A stretch of 28,352 nt of DNA from an uncultured Kineosporiaceae bacterium (GTDB lineage Bacteria; Actinomycetota; Actinomycetes; Actinomycetales; Kineosporiaceae). Below are positions 22,866 to 28,352 of this stretch, piece by piece. The translations under genes were made by a program, and so were the position numbers. The notes beneath the pieces are model-generated. The model was given only the letters and a program-made list of their open reading frames with translations. It did no database searches and was not told the DNA's origin. Numbering within the stretch: the first letter of the stretch is position 1; every line of letters starts with the position of its first letter. The DNA lies in NCBI GenBank assembly GCA_964469635.1, contig CAYYCE010000003.1, positions 1 through 28,352 of the forward strand. The letters run 5' to 3'.

Positions 22866-24422
22866 GCCGTCCGGTTCGATCCAGTCGTAGGTCTGTTCCC
22901 GGTCGCCGAGCCGCCAACGGGACGGTGTCGTGGACGTCGTCCAGTCCAGCGGCTCGGCGACCGGAGGCGTTCCGGCGGCCAGGGTGAATGCGTCCCGGAC
23001 GGCGGCCGCGACGGTCTGGGTCCGCGAGGCCGGGTCGACGGAGACGAAGGCGGGTGTTCCGCTGGCGGCCAGTAGATGCAGCCACTGGACCGCCTGTCGC
23101 CAGGGCAGGTCTGGCGTGATCGGGGCGATGTCGGCGTCCACGGCGTAGAGCGCGCCGTGCTGGGCGGCCCGGAACGCCAGGGCGTTGACTCCCATCCGCC
23201 GGCTCCGGTTCCACGACCGGCCCGAGGTGTCGTCGCCGATCCGCTGCAGTTCGACGTGCCCGGCCGACAGATGGCCGAGGGTGTTGCAGCCGATCACGAG
23301 CGCCTCGCCGCACGCCCGGCGGATCGTCGCGTACAGGTCGGTGACGATCTCGGCCGTGGTCCGGGTGCGGTCGGCGAACGCCCAACCGTCGTCCGTCACT
23401 CCGGCACCCATCTGGGGTCCCCACCGTCCCAGCAGGTCCCATGTGGTGAAGTCGTGTTTGATCATGGTGTAGCCCCAGCCGGTGATCCGGGCCAGCTGCT
23501 CGCGGATCGAGGCGGCCACCTCGGGGATGGTGGGGTCCATGGCGCCGCCGCCGCGGGCCAGTCGCCAGCGGTCGCCGTGCTCGGGCAGCGGTGTCAGCGG
23601 GCGGTACCACAGCCCGGGCCGGACGCCGCGCTCACGCAACCGATGCGCGAGCCCGCCCATGTGGCCGTAGCGGTGGTTGCCGATCCAGGGCCCGTGCCCC
23701 AGACCCCCGGCGGACCAGCCGTCGTCCACGACACAGTAGGGCCGGTTGCCGACGTCCGGTGAGTTCGCCGAGACGAACTCCGCGAGGGTGAGGACGACGC
23801 CGGCGTCGGCCCGGCCCAGCGCGAAGTGCCAGTCGTTGGCGCCGTACACGCGATGATCGGGCAGCCGGGGCGCTGCCCGTCCGGCCGCGGCCATCGCGCC
23901 GCAGAGCCGGCGCTGAACGGCGAACGCGCTCTCGCCGTCCGCGCCCTCGACGGCGACCACGTCGCACACGTGCAGCCACCGCTCGCCGAGAACGATCGGC
24001 GAGCCGCCGTTGCGGACGTCGGTCCACAGGCTCACGCCCGCCTCGTCGGCGGTCCAGAAGCACAGGGCGCCGGGGTTGGTCGCGACGCCGCACCCGACCG
24101 TTCGATCGGCGCCCGTGGCCACGAACGACCAGGGCATGACCCGTTCCGGGCGCATCGGCAACCAGGCCAGGTCGCCGTAGGAGCGTTCCCACGCATCGGG
24201 CAGCAGGTGCTCGACCTCCGAGAGGTCCGCGCGCCAACGCAGCCGGAGTCGGCTCACCGCGGCGCTCCCGGTCAGTTCGACCCGGACCACGCCCGCGGCG
24301 CCGTCCCCTTCGTGGACGGTGCACCGCAGCGCCAGCCGGACGTCGTCCAGCGCCACCTCGCCGTCGGGGCCGAAGGCCCGGACCCGGTCGGGCGGACGGA
24401 GCACGTCGAGGCCGACCCGCAC
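22845..24422 (-). CDS. Glycoside hydrolase of clan GH-D (GH27/GH36-like, alpha-galactosidase-like), no signal peptide
   Basis: TIM-barrel motifs YGANDW, VVDDGW, RPGLWYRPL, DPTIPEV, MIKHDF (nucleophile KxD), IGCNT and LQRIGDDTSG (acid/base D). Confidence 0.75.
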   Translation of the reverse strand: MRVGLDVLRPPDRVRAFGPDGEVALDDVRLALRCTVHEGDGAAGVVRVELTGSAAVSRLRLRWRADLSEVEHLLPDAWERSYGDLAWLPMRPERVMPWSFVATGADRTVGCGVATNPGALCFWTADEAGVSLWTDVRNGGSPIVLGERWLHVCDVVAVEGADGESAFAVQRRLCGAMAAAGRAAPRLPDHRVYGANDWHFALGRADAGVVLTLAEFVSANSPDVGNRPYCVVDDGWSAGGLGHGPWIGNHRYGHMGGLAHRLRERGVRPGLWYRPLTPLPEHGDRWRLARGGGAMDPTIPEVAASIREQLARITGWGYTMIKHDFTTWDLLGRWGPQMGAGVTDDGWAFADRTRTTAEIVTDLYATIRRACGEALVIGCNTLGHLSAGHVELQRIGDDTSGRSWNRSRRMGVNALAFRAAQHGALYAVDADIAPITPDLPWRQAVQWLHLLAASGTPAFVSVDPASRTQTVAAAVRDAFTLAAGTPPVAEPLDWTTSTTPSRWRLGDREQTYDWIEPDGAWPFLD

Positions 24423-24447
24423 ACTGGGCAGCCTAGGGGCTCGGTGA

Positions 24448-26754
<2,307 letters not shown>

Positions 26755-26764
26755 TCCGCGCCCC

Positions 26765-26811
26765 GTGATCATGCACTGTCGGAACGTTCGGCGGTGCTGA
26801 CTGCCGATCAC
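26765..26811. repeat. GTGATCATGCAC motif, left copy, with a GTGATC...GATCAC inverted repeat
   Basis: 26765-26776 is identical to 27513-27524. GATCAC at 26806-26811 closes an imperfect hairpin just after the argG stop. Confidence 0.6.
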
Positions 26812-27480
26812 GCCTGGGACTGCGCGGCGCGGGTCGCGGGCTCGTTCACGGTGCGGGGGGTGGTCCCCCGGGGATCGGGTCGCCCTCGTCGCGACGTCCT
26901 GCGACCAACTCGTGACGGCCGTGCTCGGGACGGCGGCGCTCGGCGTCGTCCCCGTGATGAACACGCCGCTCCGGTCGAGATCGCCGAGGTCCCCCTGGTG
27001 CGGCCGATGCACTACACGTCCGGCACCAGCGGCCGGCCGAAGGGTGTCCGCGGTGGGGTACTGGACGGCGACGCCGCCCGCGCGCGCTGGTCCTGGACGA
27101 GCGAGAGGTCTGGGGCTTCGCACCGGACGACGTGCATCTGGTGGCCGGCCCGATGTACCACTCGGCGCCGCTGCGGTCGCTCGGCACCCTGCTGGCCGGT
27201 GGGTCGGTGCGGGTGCTGCCCCGGTGGTCGGTCGAGCGGTTTCGGCGTCGAGACGGTGTGGGTACCTGTGGATCGAGTCCCGGCGCGAGGACCTGATCAT
27301 CACTGGTGGCGTGAACGTGCACCCGGTCGAGGTGGAGCAGGCGCTCTCCCGGGCGCCGGGCGTGCGCGAGGTGGCCGTGTTCGGGGTGTCCGATCCCGAC
27401 TGGGGGCAGCGGGTGTGCGTGACCACCCGGGACGCCGTCCGCGCCTTCGCGACCTCCCCCTTCGGCAGGGTGCTCGCCGC
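26794..27480 (+). pseudogene. Fragmented AMP-binding acyl-CoA synthetase
   Basis: Motifs are spread across three frames: MHYTSGTSGRPKG (~27007, frame 1), DDVHLVAGPMYHSAPL...LLAGGSVRVLPRW (~27126, frame 3) and GYLWIESRREDLIITGGVNVHPVEVEQAL...VAVFGVSDPDWGQRV (~27260, frame 2). A large central part is absent. Confidence 0.85.
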
Positions 27481-27512
27481 CGTCTCACCGACCTCTTCTC
27501 CCCACCCTCCCA

Positions 27513-27537
27513 GTGATCATGCACAGCGCATGATCAC
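27513..27537. repeat. Perfect 10-bp inverted repeat GTGATCATGC-N5-GCATGATCAC
   Basis: 27513-27522 and 27528-27537 are exact reverse complements. The repeat ends 14 nt upstream of TAGCCT (-10-like, 27552-27557). Confidence 0.8.
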
Positions 27538-27564
27538 GAGAGGGGCGCGCGTAGCCTTGGAGTC

Positions 27565-28352
27565 ATGGGGTTGCTGGAGCGACGGACCGAGCTGACCGGT
27601 CTGGAGGCCGCCCTCGCGGACGCCGCAGGCGGCCACGGCCGCGTCGTGATCGTCAGCGGGGAGGCGGGGATCGGCAAGTCCGCGCTGGTGGCCGGGTTCG
27701 TGGCGGGCCTGGCCGGGGGCCGGGCGCTGCTCGGCCGCTGCGACGACCTGTTCGCCCCCCGGCCGCTCGGTCCCCTCCTCGACGTGGCGCGCCACGCGTC
27801 GTCGGGACTGCGCGATGCGTGCGCATCACCATCGTCGGATCCGGCCCGGGTGTTCGAGGCGCTCTTCGAGGAGCTGAGTCGGCCGCCGGCTCCGGTGGCG
27901 CTGGTGCTCGAGGACCTGCAGTGGGCCGACATGGCCACGCTCGACGTCCTGACCCTGCTGACGCGACGGGTCGTCGAACTGCCCACGGTGGTGGTGCTGA
28001 CCCATCGCGACGACCTCGCTCCCGATCACCCGCTCCGCGCGGCACTCGGTGCCCTGACCGGGGCGCCGGTGTCGCGACTGCGACTGGAACCGCTGTCTCC
28101 CAACGCTGTTCGCGCTCTGGTAGGGGACCGGCTCATCGACCCGGTACGGCTGCACGCCACCACTCGCGGCAACCCTTTCTTCGTTCTGGAGACGCTGGCC
28201 TCGCAGGGCCAGGAGCTGCCGATCACGGTGCGCGAGGCGGTGCTGGCCCGCCTGGCGGGGCTACCGCCGGGCGCCCGCCAGGTCCTCGACGTCGCCGCGG
28301 TGATCGGTGCCGTCGTCGACGAGCGTGTGCTGGACGCGCTGGTCCCCGGCAG
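27565..28352 (+). CDS. AAA ATPase domain protein (LAL/MalT-like LuxR regulator N-terminus), 3'-truncated by the window edge
   Basis: Open from ATG 27565 to the window end, which explains its absence from the ORF track. LLERRTEL, Walker A VSGEAGIGKS, GRCDDLFAPRPLGP, Walker B LVLEDLQWAD, LEPLS, TRGNPFF and LPITVREAVLARL. The LuxR HTH is expected beyond the window but not seen. Confidence 0.9.
   Translation, partial: MGLLERRTELTGLEAALADAAGGHGRVVIVSGEAGIGKSALVAGFVAGLAGGRALLGRCDDLFAPRPLGPLLDVARHASSGLRDACASPSSDPARVFEALFEELSRPPAPVALVLEDLQWADMATLDVLTLLTRRVVELPTVVVLTHRDDLAPDHPLRAALGALTGAPVSRLRLEPLSPNAVRALVGDRLIDPVRLHATTRGNPFFVLETLASQGQELPITVREAVLARLAGLPPGARQVLDVAAVIGAVVDERVLDALVPG

Overview
Very GC-rich actinobacterial (Actinomycetota-like) chromosomal DNA. 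I found no CRISPR array, rRNA, tRNA, transposase, integrase or phage gene. Left half (1-17.4 kb), mostly intact genes: aldo/keto reductase (5'-partial), zincin-like metallopeptidase, PNPOx-like flavin-binding protein, GAF-PAS-PAS-GGDEF-EAL protein, 7TM-PAS-SpoIIE phosphatase, AlaA-type aminotransferase, atypical Zn-finger SDR, GT39/ArnT-like glycosyltransferase, FKBP lipoprotein, FAD/Fe-S oxidoreductase, dienelactone hydrolase and a stand-alone shikimate kinase. Right half (17.4-28.3 kb): an AglEFG-like sugar ABC cassette, a GH-D clan (GH27/36-like) glycosidase, long-form argG and a 3'-partial AAA ATPase/LuxR-type regulator, mixed with four decayed genes (a sugar-binding-protein paralog, a possible ROK remnant, a frameshifted phosphoribosyltransferase and a shattered acyl-CoA synthetase). 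The most unusual signals are non-coding. (1) An 81-bp intergenic element (two 23-bp palindromes, a 7-bp spacer and a 28-bp tail) occurs three times and aligns without gaps. (2) A 48-bp direct repeat duplicating the glycosidase 3' end brackets the ~4.4-kb sugar-uptake cassette like an att-site pair, with no integrase present. (3) A second short palindromic motif (GTGATCATGCAC) flanks the acyl-CoA synthetase pseudogene. I cannot support a complete novel multi-gene system from this window. All family assignments come from motif recognition by eye, not database searches.
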